Below are positions 8,122-17,680 of a stretch of DNA of 64,000 bases, in pieces (positions within the stretch are counted from its first letter, which is position 1; every line of letters starts with the position of its first letter). Made by a program: the position numbers and the translations under genes. The stretch is from Candidatus Poribacteria bacterium (GTDB lineage: Bacteria > Poribacteria > WGA-4E > PCPOR2b), in NCBI GenBank assembly GCA_965218095.1, contig OZ244587.1, forward strand, positions 5,632,001 through 5,696,000, in the 5' to 3' direction. A model generated the notes under the pieces. That model made no database searches. It was not told the origin of the DNA and was given only the letters and a program-made list of their open reading frames with translations.

Positions 8122-8607
8122 ATGGACGGACACCCTGAAATCATCGAAGTGCTCAACGAAGTTTTGACGTCTGAACTCACCGCTATCAATCAGTATTTTG
8201 CCCATTCCGAAATCTGCGAAAACTGGGGATATGAGCGTCTCCATCAAGCGATACGCGAACATGCCATCGGAGAGATGAAGCACGCTGAAGAGCTCATTGC
8301 TCGTGTGCTCTATCTCAATGCCATGCCCAACATGGCACGCTATTTCGAGATTAAGATCGGCGCGAATGTCGAAGAGATGATGGTAAATGACCTCGCCCTT
8401 GAGAAAGAAGCGGTCGAGCGGCTTAATGAGTTTATCCAACTGGCCCATACCCACAAGGATTTCGGTTCGGAAGAACTTCTTGAGCAGATCCTCAAAGACG
8501 AGGAAGAGCATATTGACTGGATAGAGGCTCAACTCGACCAGATTGACCAAGTGGGCATCCAAAACTACCTCGCACAACAGATTATTTCTGACGAAGAGGG
8601 AGCATAA
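8122..8607 (+). CDS. bfr: bacterioferritin
   Basis: ELTAINQYFAH, EMKHA (heme Met ligand), DEEEHIDW ferroxidase motifs. Confidence 0.95.
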   Translation: MDGHPEIIEVLNEVLTSELTAINQYFAHSEICENWGYERLHQAIREHAIGEMKHAEELIARVLYLNAMPNMARYFEIKIGANVEEMMVNDLALEKEAVERLNEFIQLAHTHKDFGSEELLEQILKDEEEHIDWIEAQLDQIDQVGIQNYLAQQIISDEEGA

Positions 8608-8623
8608 TTGGCTCCCGTGCATG

Positions 8624-8700
8624 CTATAACGATTCCAGAAAAGCAATGAGCGCGTCCCTGTCGCTTATGGACATCTGTCGAGCTATCTCACGCAAGGCGA
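8624..8700 (-). pseudogene. diverged duplicate of 3' end of di-heme oxidoreductase gene
   Basis: Reads ..REIARQMSISDRDALIAFLESL* vs REAVQQMSASDRDALIAFLESL* at 9682-9760. Confidence 0.85.
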
Positions 8701-8719
8701 TTACAGCATCACCTCACAT

Positions 8720-9535
8720 TTAGTCATAAATAATCCAACCATGGCCTGACTTTTTGTTCTGTTTTAGTTCTTCAAAGCTTTCAATAATGTTCCTACTGTC
8801 ATATCTGACGATATTTTCATACCTGACAATGAACTTCGCGTAATACTTCAGTGCTTCCGCCTTGTATTTCACGGTACGTTGTTTGTCTTTTTCTGGGTCG
8901 TCACTGTTAATTTCGACGTGTCTGCTGTAGGGATCATCAGGATGGGCCAGCACCGCCCAAAGACCGTGATTGAGATGTGCAATATCGAGGTAAGCCATGT
9001 GGACCTCTGCAAGCCCGCTTTTCGCGTACTTCTCGACGTAGGCGTACCGGGCATTGAGAGATTCTTCGACAGCTTCACGGTCATTGTATCCCCGCGCAAT
9101 GAGATAGTATTCGGCGGCGGGACGCCAACTGCTGTCTGGATAAAGTGCAACCAAGCGTCTCAGAAAGCCGTAATGATACCAATAACTTGCACCGATTTCA
9201 TTGTAGGTGATATTTGCTCCTAGCCGATTTAGTGCCGCGGCTTTTTCCCACTTTACCCAATAATCCCCTGGCAGATCTCTATGCTCTTCATGAAATTCAT
9301 CAGTGAGAACTCTCATTAGCTGGCTAGAAAGCGTATTGGCAAGCCAGAGTGCTTCCTCTTGGTCCTCGCTTTTCTGATCGGCTGTCAACAGAGGTTCCAG
9401 AGCGACAAGCGCATCGTAAAATTTTAACTCTGTTATTAAAGCCTCAGCTTTATCGAGAGAGCTTTCATTATTGCCAAACGCTAGCGTCAAAGTGGCAAAA
9501 CAGAAAAAAATCACGAAAAATGCTCGACACTTCAT
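8720..9535 (-). CDS. hypothetical secreted alpha-helical protein
   Basis: 271 aa ORF, signal peptide, RBS GGAGGT. Confidence 0.7.
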   Translation of the reverse strand: MKCRAFFVIFFCFATLTLAFGNNESSLDKAEALITELKFYDALVALEPLLTADQKSEDQEEALWLANTLSSQLMRVLTDEFHEEHRDLPGDYWVKWEKAAALNRLGANITYNEIGASYWYHYGFLRRLVALYPDSSWRPAAEYYLIARGYNDREAVEESLNARYAYVEKYAKSGLAEVHMAYLDIAHLNHGLWAVLAHPDDPYSRHVEINSDDPEKDKQRTVKYKAEALKYYAKFIVRYENIVRYDSRNIIESFEELKQNKKSGHGWIIYD

Positions 9536-9681
9536 CTTATACCTCCTTTGCGGTCAAAATCTGCGGACTTCTCAAACTCCGAGTCGATTAATTTCTCTCA
9601 GGTGCGGGAACTTTACCCCTACTGCGATTTTGATTTAATGCATTACCCAACGATGACATAATTGGAAACGAAAAAACCACA

Positions 9682-11082
9682 TCACAAAGATTCAAGAAAA
9701 GCGATGAGCGCGTCTCTGTCGCTTGCGGACATCTGCTGAACTGCCTCACGCGATTGTTCTGCTTCCCCGCCGTGCCATAGAATCGCCTCCAGTAACCCTC
9801 TTGCCCGACCGTCGTGGAGGAAGTTGGTGTGTCCGTTGACCACTTTGACCAGCCCGATACCCCACAGCGGCGGCGTGCGCCACTCCGAACCGCTCGCCAG
9901 AAAATCAGGGCGATTATCTGCCAACCCCGGACCCATGTCGTGCAGCAGCAGATCGGTGTACGGGTGAATCGTCTGGTTGGAAACCTCCGGCACATCCGAT
10001 AATGTCCCCGTCCGCAACGTCGGAATATGGCAACCGGAACATTGTGCACTCTCAAAAAGTTGCTCGCCACGTTGAATAAGCGGGTCGTCGAGATCACGTC
10101 GGGCAGGCACAGCAAGGGTTTGGACATAAAATGTTACCACATCCAAAATTTCATCGCTGAGTTCTGGGTCGTCACCCCGTCCGTCATATTGCGGTTGCCC
10201 AGCCGAATTTTCATTCGGTAGCAGCAAGGTTGTAATACCCATGTCGTCGTGGTAGGCGGAAGCGACCTGTTGAATCAGTGTTGGCTGATTCGCCTTCCAC
10301 CCGAATCGACCGAGATTCTGCCCATTCTCTTGGACATCCCAAACGAAATTCGCTTTCCCTGAGATCCCATCGCCATCCTGATCATCTTCGTCCGCTAAAG
10401 CGAGGATGGTTGATTCAGGTATTGCTTCGAGTAGTCCTAAGCCGAACACAACGGGCGCGACACGGGGCGAAAGTTCAACGTTGTCCGGTAACGGTTGATA
10501 CGCGTCTTCGATTTTGTAGTTCGGCGTCCGGAGATACACCTTCACCCCGTCGCTGGTCGTGAGTTCACCCTCGGTATAATTAATTGTTACCGTTCCTTCC
10601 GGGGGTACACCGAAGATCGCTCGGTTATTGAGTTGTGTGCCGAAACCGGGAACAGGCACGGGTCCGTGTGTGCCGTCTCCCTCTGGGTTCGGAAGACTCA
10701 CACGGAAAAGCATTGATGTGAGTTTTTCGCCCGATGTCGGCGCGCGGCCCCGCCCATCTCGCGCATGACAGTTGATGCACGAGATATTATTGTAAACCGG
10801 ACCGAGTCCCGGGTTGACTTCCGCCGGGACCGTGACAAAAACGGCTTCAAACTCAACATCACCCTCTAGGTGCTTTGCTAACCCGTCTGCCGAAAGATTT
10901 GGCGCGGGCGTCGAAAACGCGTGGCTCGTCGCGTCGAAAACCGTCGTCTCCCCGCCTGAAAGCCCTTTATCCGAAACGCTCATCTTCTCCGGATCGGTCA
11001 GATTGTCGGAACCGCAAGCGATGATCAGCATGCAGAGCAATACTATGGGGAACAGAATATATGAAAGATGGTTTGATTTCAT
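9682..11082 (-). CDS. di-heme oxidoreductase family (DHOR/DUF1111) lipoprotein
   Basis: Two CxxCH (CINCH, CSGCH), GRFGWKA, WRTPPLWG, LHDGRAR; partner of imelysin; start could extend to 11094. Confidence 0.9.
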   Translation of the reverse strand: MKSNHLSYILFPIVLLCMLIIACGSDNLTDPEKMSVSDKGLSGGETTVFDATSHAFSTPAPNLSADGLAKHLEGDVEFEAVFVTVPAEVNPGLGPVYNNISCINCHARDGRGRAPTSGEKLTSMLFRVSLPNPEGDGTHGPVPVPGFGTQLNNRAIFGVPPEGTVTINYTEGELTTSDGVKVYLRTPNYKIEDAYQPLPDNVELSPRVAPVVFGLGLLEAIPESTILALADEDDQDGDGISGKANFVWDVQENGQNLGRFGWKANQPTLIQQVASAYHDDMGITTLLLPNENSAGQPQYDGRGDDPELSDEILDVVTFYVQTLAVPARRDLDDPLIQRGEQLFESAQCSGCHIPTLRTGTLSDVPEVSNQTIHPYTDLLLHDMGPGLADNRPDFLASGSEWRTPPLWGIGLVKVVNGHTNFLHDGRARGLLEAILWHGGEAEQSREAVQQMSASDRDALIAFLESL

Positions 11083-11141
11083 GATTTCAAACACAACGGG
11101 TATAACGCATAAAATAACCGGTATTTCAGAAGCGCAGCGTA

Positions 11142-12038
11142 TTAAATGGCGGCTCGTTTTTTTGTTCGCCTTCTGAATTTTATTAAGATGATTAGGGTCA
11201 AAACAGTAATAGCAAAAGCGATTATACCGTATTTGATGTGCCTTGTCGTGATATAGTATTCGTCTGTGCTAATCACTATTTTAGTTGAATTCGTTAAAAT
11301 TGAATGAAAATAGTCAAGCCTATCATTAATGAGCTCTTCTTTGTGATAACCATATGTTTTAGACAACTCCAGAATCTTTATTGCATCTTCTACAATGGTG
11401 GCATATGCGACGTAATGAGCTAAGTCAAATAGTAGACTCGCAACATATTTATCTTTCGGTTTGACAAAAAACATTCTTTCTTCAAGTTGGTAGTAAAGAC
11501 GATCAATTTTTTTATGGACGTTCTCAAAATTTAAATCAGAAAAATCGGGTTCACCGTCATTATGAAATCGCTGCTTTGACAGAATAAATTCTTCATTGGG
11601 TTGGTTAATTTTGTGATTCAGTATGCTTTGATGAATCCATTCTGAACCGTAATGAGATTCGGGGTTAGTTTTTACAGACATATCGATATACTTTTTTGCA
11701 TTCTGATAATCGCCTGCTAATTCGTAGATTGTACCTAAGTTCGCTTGGATTGTATATGAACTCGACGTATCATGTAGCTTTTGTAAAAGTGTAATCGCTT
11801 CAGAATAGTTCTCTGCTACAGTTAATCCGACAGCTCGGTTGATCTTGTTGTCTGATTGAAGCGCGTTTGTATATTGTATTTTTTTCTGAGCATAAATTGA
11901 ATCGATGTTATCAAAATTGATATGCTTGCCTTCAGTACGTAGATGTATTCCTGAAAGGAGCGTACCCTCCAACCACATACAGCCCAAACACTCTGATTGG
12001 ATGATTAAGAGACTCAGTACGATAAAAATCAGTTGCAT
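11142..12038 (-). CDS. hypothetical TPR-containing membrane-anchored protein, AT-rich
   Basis: ANLGTIYELAGDY TPR; signal peptide; C-terminal TM; visibly AT-richer than neighbours. Confidence 0.7.
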   Translation of the reverse strand: MQLIFIVLSLLIIQSECLGCMWLEGTLLSGIHLRTEGKHINFDNIDSIYAQKKIQYTNALQSDNKINRAVGLTVAENYSEAITLLQKLHDTSSSYTIQANLGTIYELAGDYQNAKKYIDMSVKTNPESHYGSEWIHQSILNHKINQPNEEFILSKQRFHNDGEPDFSDLNFENVHKKIDRLYYQLEERMFFVKPKDKYVASLLFDLAHYVAYATIVEDAIKILELSKTYGYHKEELINDRLDYFHSILTNSTKIVISTDEYYITTRHIKYGIIAFAITVLTLIILIKFRRRTKKRAAI

Positions 12039-12104
12039 AGGCTAACTCTTATTTACGCAAAGGTGTGTTGTTGGGTTTCGTGCCTCAAGCTGGTGATGTT
12101 CTCC

Positions 12105-12764
12105 CTACAACTTACGTGCTACTGCCATGATATGCGCACTCACACCGAGCAAATACGGTTCACTTTCAAGTTGACGGACAATCTTCAATAACCATTCGCG
12201 CCGTTCTTTCACCTGCCAATAATCGGCGAAATCTTTAACAAGCCTTGCCGGACCTTCTATGGCAAGCAGTGATTCAAGTTGGAAACCCGCTTCGGAGACC
12301 TCTGCTGCGAGTTCATCAGGATGGTGGAAAAATGACGTTGTGAAATAACTCGGATCGTCGGTCAGGTTACGATGTTGACCATCCTGTAAATCCCGTTCAA
12401 TGAGCGGTACAAATACCGCATCCGTCATCATTCCCTCAGTCAGGCAATTAATCGTAGAAATAAAGCGCGAAATGCCCACCGCCATGAGGAGGCCATTTGG
12501 ATGTAACACGCGGTGCGACTCCTCAAGTGCTTTAAGCCGATCGACTCGCTCGGTCAAATGGTACAAAGGCCCGAGTAGGAGAACGACATTGACGCTCTGG
12601 TCGTCATAATCAAGATGACGCGCATCACCGACAATGATTCTCTCAAGTGGACAATCCGGTTGTTGTTTGGCAGCCTCTTGAGCCTGCTGAATATGACGGG
12701 GTACAGCATCAATGAGATGAACCGTATAATGAGTTGAAAAGCCAAAACACGTAAACGAAGGCAA
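12105..12764 (-). pseudogene. class I SAM-dependent methyltransferase, 5'-truncated
   Basis: GDARHL, LLGPLYHL motifs present; motif I (DxGxG) missing. Confidence 0.7.
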
Positions 12765-12792
12765 CTTACCAGCCGTTTAGAAGCGAAATTTC

Positions 12793-12811
12793 GTCTAACG
12801 GGTCGTTAGAC
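12793..12811 (+). mobile_element. collapsed attC-like site
   Basis: GTCTAAC-gggtc-GTTAGAC = R''/R' core sites with the centre missing. Confidence 0.45.
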
Positions 12812-12832
12812 ATCTCAGAAAGGAAGACATCC

Positions 12833-13258
12833 ATGAATCACATTCATAGAACGCTTGCCGTGATTGCCGTCATGTTGGCAGCCGTTATTAGCGGCTGTTC
12901 AAGTGATGACAATCAGGGCGAGAACGGCGAAGAATCCGGCACTGAACTTGCGCTGAACGAGAACTACGATAATGTCAGAAACGGTGTCCGACTCATCTTG
13001 GCCTACGACGCACAAAGCAATTCTTTCAAAGGTACAGTGGAAAACACCACCGACAAAACCTTGAAGCAAGTTCGAGTTGAAGTCCACTTGTCAAACGGAA
13101 CAGAACTCGGACCAACAACTCCGGCTGATTTAGAACCCGGTGAAGAAAGAGACGTCGAACTAACGGCAACAAGCAAGGACTTTGACGGGTGGACTGCCCA
13201 TCCTGAAGTCGGAAGCGGCGAACATGGTCACGGCGAAGGGGACGGTGAGCATGATTGA
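12833..13258 (+). CDS. hypothetical lipoprotein with His/Gly/Glu-rich C-terminus
   Basis: Lipobox ISGC; beta-rich domain; ends GEHGHGEGDGEHD. Confidence 0.75.
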   Translation: MNHIHRTLAVIAVMLAAVISGCSSDDNQGENGEESGTELALNENYDNVRNGVRLILAYDAQSNSFKGTVENTTDKTLKQVRVEVHLSNGTELGPTTPADLEPGEERDVELTATSKDFDGWTAHPEVGSGEHGHGEGDGEHD

Positions 13259-13290
13259 GAAGGCCGACCGTGAACGCCGCCTAACGTCCG

Positions 13291-14418
13291 TTAATTGAAG
13301 TCACTATCTAACACCAACTTCAAGATATCGTCCTCTAGTGTCTGCTGAACCGTGCTGACCGCATCAATTGCTGCTTGGACAGCAGAACGCTGGGCAGTGA
13401 TTGAATTGCGGAAGGGGTCTGGAATCGCGCCAATGGTGTCAATGGCGGTCTGGACTTCAGTTTGGAATCTCGCGTCCAACTCGGCGTCCTTGCTCTTCAC
13501 AAATTCGTTGAGTCCCTGACCATCTGCGGTAAATTTACCCATGTAGACGTTTTGAATGCCGCGGATATTGTCTTGGAAGTCAGTAATCGAGTTGAAGCTA
13601 AACTGCGATTCGACGAGGGTTGTGTCCCGCTCATTGAACGGGGCAGAGATCTTGCCGTTGGCGACTTCATCAGCGATGACAATCATGCCGTTGACCATCT
13701 CCTGCATCGCGGCTTTCTGTGACTTATAGATCGTGCTTGAGGTGCCGGCGTTGGCGACCTCTGCGGCGAAATTCTCGCCTGCCATATCCCACGCGCTGCG
13801 CAACTGAGCGGTCTTCGCTTTCAGATTCTCCGTCGTTGCGACGAGGTATTCCAGTTCACGGGGGGTAATATCCGCCGCTTTTCGCTGATTGCCATCGCGG
13901 AACAGGAGATACTCGATGGTATGGAAGCCTTTCAGCGTGTCCTCAAGCCCATCAATTGCCCCTTCAGTCAACAAGTCGCCACTGGCAAGCACCGCGTTAA
14001 GGTCAACCCGATTGACTGGCCAGCTATCGAGCGCCGGGTCAAGCCCCTGTGTGTCAACCGGACCGAATAGGAACGCCTCACTCTGCTCCCACGGTCTCCG
14101 CGCTGCCTTCCACGCTGCCTGCGCCTTTTCCAAATTCGCTTGAGTTTTGTCCGCTTCCAACGCTTTGACAGCGGTCAGCAGTTCGTTCGCTTTGTTGTCT
14201 AGATCGGTGTAGGTGGCGAGCACAACGGTGTTAGCGAAGTCGTTTAGGGTCGTGGTTGCGTCAAAGGCAGATACAGTGTCTTCGCCGTTATCGTCGTCGT
14301 CGCTGCCACAACCGACGAGACCGCAACCGACGAGGAAAAGCGATGGGACCAGAAGGGTTGATAGGGTAAAGTAAAAGAATTGTGTAAGGTACTGTGTAAG
14401 GTACTGATTGAATCTCAT
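13291..14418 (-). CDS. imelysin-family (peptidase M75/IrpA-like) iron-regulated lipoprotein
   Basis: WEQSEAFLFGP, DSWP, GFHTIEYLLF (GxHxxE) motifs; lipobox. Confidence 0.92.
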   Translation of the reverse strand: MRFNQYLTQYLTQFFYFTLSTLLVPSLFLVGCGLVGCGSDDDDNGEDTVSAFDATTTLNDFANTVVLATYTDLDNKANELLTAVKALEADKTQANLEKAQAAWKAARRPWEQSEAFLFGPVDTQGLDPALDSWPVNRVDLNAVLASGDLLTEGAIDGLEDTLKGFHTIEYLLFRDGNQRKAADITPRELEYLVATTENLKAKTAQLRSAWDMAGENFAAEVANAGTSSTIYKSQKAAMQEMVNGMIVIADEVANGKISAPFNERDTTLVESQFSFNSITDFQDNIRGIQNVYMGKFTADGQGLNEFVKSKDAELDARFQTEVQTAIDTIGAIPDPFRNSITAQRSAVQAAIDAVSTVQQTLEDDILKLVLDSDFN

Positions 14419-14465
14419 TGGATTCCTCCTTTTTGATTTGAAACTTGTGCCCGCGAAAGCGGGGA

Positions 14466-15668
14466 TTAGTATTGAAACCCGAAGCCGAGTGCGAAGATGT
14501 TCTCCTTGTTATCAACTTCGGTGCCCAATCTCCGTGCTGAGTAATGTCCCTTAAAGACAAGCTGCGGATGCGGATGATAATTGGCACCAAATGTCCACGT
14601 CTGCCTTTCCCAGCGCGGATTATCAAAGATTTCACCTTCGACATCAGCCATCGTATCGTAGTTATCGTAACGGACGAACAGATCGAATACCGTCTCGGTA
14701 TTCAACGATGATTTGAAAAACGCAAGCAGATTGTAACCCACCTCAAGGTATCCCCCGAAGGCTCGGCGACCGACGGGCGTCCGCTTTACATTCAGGTTGT
14801 TTGAAAGGTTACGATTGGCTTTGGAGACGAGATCTGAGTTTTCGAGCGTTCCGTACAGAAACAGCCCGCGAACCTTCAACGCGCCGACTTCGTAAAATCC
14901 GTGCAGGTCAACGATCGAAACATGGGCGTCAGTCCGCAGGTCCGGTTTGGGGCGGTTGTCCGCACTGTCTCCATAGTAGGCGGAGATACCGACAACTGCC
15001 CCGTCCACGACTATGTAATCGATCCGACCGACGAGCGCGAAGTCTTCTGCATTGGTGGTCTCAAACCGCAGTTGATGCCCCCCGACAATCCAACGACGCG
15101 AGCTAAAGCCGGTGGAGTCCAGGCCGTTGACGACTTGCGCCTGATAGCTGAACGCGCCGATTTCGCCGAATAGCTCAATCCCGTTCTCATGCCAGATGGT
15201 TGGAATTAGGTTCGATTCCGATTCGGGGCGGGTGGTTGTGAAATAGTGTTGTGGGCGATGTCGCTTGGCAGTCAGACCGACCGGCACGATGATGTGCCCC
15301 ACCCGAAGGTTGAGTGCCGGACGGATCGCAAAGACAGCGGCAAGTTTCTCAACAATGACCTCACCCCCCTTTTCGACTTCCATCTCGAACTCGCCAAACT
15401 CCTCGAATTTGTCGAACTCCATCGTGATGCCGGTCCCACCGTGCTCAAACTCGATCTCCGCTTCAAGCCGGATGGTGTCATTCATCTGGTATTTCGGTGA
15501 GATGACAAACCGTTCCACATCAATGCTGGCACGTCGCTCAGGGTCGGTCTGCCAATCGAAGTTGGCATAGTTGATTGCCCCGTAGCCGAAGATTTGCAGA
15601 CGCTTGGAGTCAGCCGGTACGACTTGAGCCATCAAGAGTAGAAGAACAACACAACAGAAGACTCGCAA
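14466..15668 (-). CDS. outer-membrane beta-barrel porin linked to imelysin iron uptake
   Basis: EIEFEHGG motif, IPTIWHENG, C-terminal FGFQY; TTG start with RBS. Confidence 0.85.
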   Translation of the reverse strand: MRVFCCVVLLLLMAQVVPADSKRLQIFGYGAINYANFDWQTDPERRASIDVERFVISPKYQMNDTIRLEAEIEFEHGGTGITMEFDKFEEFGEFEMEVEKGGEVIVEKLAAVFAIRPALNLRVGHIIVPVGLTAKRHRPQHYFTTTRPESESNLIPTIWHENGIELFGEIGAFSYQAQVVNGLDSTGFSSRRWIVGGHQLRFETTNAEDFALVGRIDYIVVDGAVVGISAYYGDSADNRPKPDLRTDAHVSIVDLHGFYEVGALKVRGLFLYGTLENSDLVSKANRNLSNNLNVKRTPVGRRAFGGYLEVGYNLLAFFKSSLNTETVFDLFVRYDNYDTMADVEGEIFDNPRWERQTWTFGANYHPHPQLVFKGHYSARRLGTEVDNKENIFALGFGFQY

Positions 15669-15684
15669 TTTTACCCCTCAGATT

Positions 15685-15711
15685 CATTGAAATTGAGACT
15701 CAATTTCAATG
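15685..15711. promoter_or_regulatory. Fur-like box (perfect palindrome)
   Basis: CATTGAAATTGAG-A-CTCAATTTCAATG. Confidence 0.8.
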
Positions 15712-15776
15712 TGCTATTAAATAAAAACGGGCATACTCAGCCATTCTGTTTGCCCGATTGATGTTGGTGCTTCTCA

Positions 15777-15803
15777 AATTGCTACTGAGACTCATTCGCA
15801 ATT
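15777..15803. promoter_or_regulatory. second Fur-like box near porin promoter
   Basis: AATTGCTACTGAGACTCATTCGCAATT; minus-strand TTGACA/TATAAT-like promoter at about 15812-15845. Confidence 0.65.
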
Positions 15804-16373
15804 AAAACTCCATTATATTATAAATCGCAGCAAGGATTTTGTCAAGTTTTTTTTCAAATTATTAGCGAAGGAGGTGCGCGGTGTTATAAAATCAAAACAA
15901 GCAGCAACTGCCGGGAGTATAATTCCTAGAAAAGGAAATGCCCAATGTTATCAGTATCATGTCTTGGGTTGGCAACCGAAAGAACGGTCTATCCACTCGC
16001 AATTCGAGCCTCAAGCGACTCTGATAGAGACGTAGGAATTCTATTCCGACGAGTGCATAGGTGCCCAGACTACTATCCTAAATGATTGCTCCGACGGAGG
16101 TTTCCTGACTCAAGCGGACCAGAACCTTTTCACCCAGATGGCGCAAAACAACGCGATAGGCACTCGCTGAGGCCGGTGCCTCGTAAACGGGCTCGCCGAC
16201 CGATATATCCTGTTTGTGCAGCTTCAGACACTTTTTGAATCGCTTGCCGCCGGTTGTAAAGCGAACAACCCGGAGCAGAACTACGCCTCAAGTGACAGAC
16301 GAGATGATAACCGAATACCTCGAGGAACACCAAAATCACAAGAATCACGTTGATGATGACTTCACCATCGAAT

Positions 16374-16455
16374 GACGACTTTCAGTCCGGCCGAACAAAC
16401 TTGGAGTCTGACAGCTTTGAGTCGGCTTCAGCCGAAACCACGACTTTCAGTCGAT
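16374..16455. repeat. REP-like short palindromes
   Basis: ACGACTTTCAGTC twice and TCGGCTTCAGCCGA. Confidence 0.5.
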
Positions 16456-16533
16456 GAAAAAACCTATAGGCTTTTAGTCCATAGTGGTTTAGTTAAACCT
16501 CCTTATTTGTTGATAGTTGGAACACTTGTGTTG

Positions 16534-17310
16534 TTATCGTAGAACTTCAAGATGCTCGGGTTTAAAGAACTCGTCTCCGTTTTCCAAAGCACGCTGTGTA
16601 ATTATACGCATTGCTTCTGCGGCTTCATGATTTCCGTCTTTTTCAAACATATCGGCCACTTGTGAACCTATAGATACAGGAACTTTGCCATCCTCGGTTG
16701 TATGTGAGGCTATGAATTTACTCCTCTCAATCATACTGAAGGTATTACTACTGTCATCAGAGCTCAGTGTGCCTAATTCTTGCGAAATCCGAACAGTTTC
16801 CTCGAACAGCACGAGTGACTTTGGTATGTCTCTGGGGGCAACGCTACCGTCTTCACGTGCCATTGCCTCAAGTTGTGCTTGGATTTCAACCTGACGGTTT
16901 ATCAACGTTTGTCTCCGTAACTCCACAGCGGAGACCTGCGGACTAGTACTTGAATCTCCCACATCGTGTGTGTCTGAACTGGCTTCCTCGCTCTCATCTA
17001 CGCCATCTGCATCCCCTGTGTCAAGATGTGCATCTGTCGGATGCGTATCTGACAAGGTGGGACTCTCGCTGTCTTCAGAGGTTTGACTCTTGCTCGTTTC
17101 AGCTATCTGAGCACCTTGGTTACGCGAGCGCTCGCTAGGCAGATGTGAGTTCGGTTGGCTTTCCCGTTTTACCGGCTTGGTAACCTCATATACCGTGATA
17201 TTTTCGACGGATTTCCCTGTAATCATCAAATATGCGAGAAAGCCCACAAATCCGACAATCACAAAAACGCCGACGAATTTAACATATTTGCCTAAATGTT
17301 TTATAAGCAT
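16534..17310 (-). CDS. hypothetical membrane-anchored protein separated from its RBS by IS3
   Basis: N-terminal TM, acidic low-complexity linker; ATG abuts IS end. Confidence 0.75.
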   Translation of the reverse strand: MLIKHLGKYVKFVGVFVIVGFVGFLAYLMITGKSVENITVYEVTKPVKRESQPNSHLPSERSRNQGAQIAETSKSQTSEDSESPTLSDTHPTDAHLDTGDADGVDESEEASSDTHDVGDSSTSPQVSAVELRRQTLINRQVEIQAQLEAMAREDGSVAPRDIPKSLVLFEETVRISQELGTLSSDDSSNTFSMIERSKFIASHTTEDGKVPVSIGSQVADMFEKDGNHEAAEAMRIITQRALENGDEFFKPEHLEVLR

Positions 17311-17389
17311 TATAATGGTCCCCTATATTCGGGCCAGGAGTTAAGTAAGAAATTAGGTCTAACTCACCCCCGTAAATGGAGGATTAAAT

Positions 17390-17680
17390 ATGTCAACAAA
17401 GCGGATTCAGCATACTGCCAAATTCAAGTTTCAAATTGCACTTAAAGCCATCAAGTCAGACAAGAGTATCAACCAACTGGCAAGCGACCACCAGTTGCAC
17501 CCAAGCCAAATCAGCCAGTGGAAGAAACAGTTGCTTGAACATGGGAGCGATATTTGCGCTTCCAGTCTGAGTAAGCAACAACGCGAGCAAAATGACAGAG
17601 AGTCGAATCTGTATGAGCAAATGGGGCGGTTGAATATGGAACTCGACTGGTTGAAAAAAAAAGCTGCCTCAAGCCGCTGA
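17390..17680 (+). CDS. IS3 transposase OrfA
   Basis: HTH, ISQWKKQ, LYEQMGRL...LDWLKKK. Confidence 0.9.
   Translation: MSTKRIQHTAKFKFQIALKAIKSDKSINQLASDHQLHPSQISQWKKQLLEHGSDICASSLSKQQREQNDRESNLYEQMGRLNMELDWLKKKAASSR

Noticed and set aside
7900-8646. 248-aa minus-strand ORF and similar long shadow ORFs (19326-20102, 48174-48989, 59673-60344)
   Set aside because: Antisense to well-supported genes (bfr, lyase-like, Gfo, dnaK)
15850-16370. ncRNA or gene in the long intergenic stretch
   Set aside because: Only broken hydrophobic reading frames on the minus strand; no convincing structure or family
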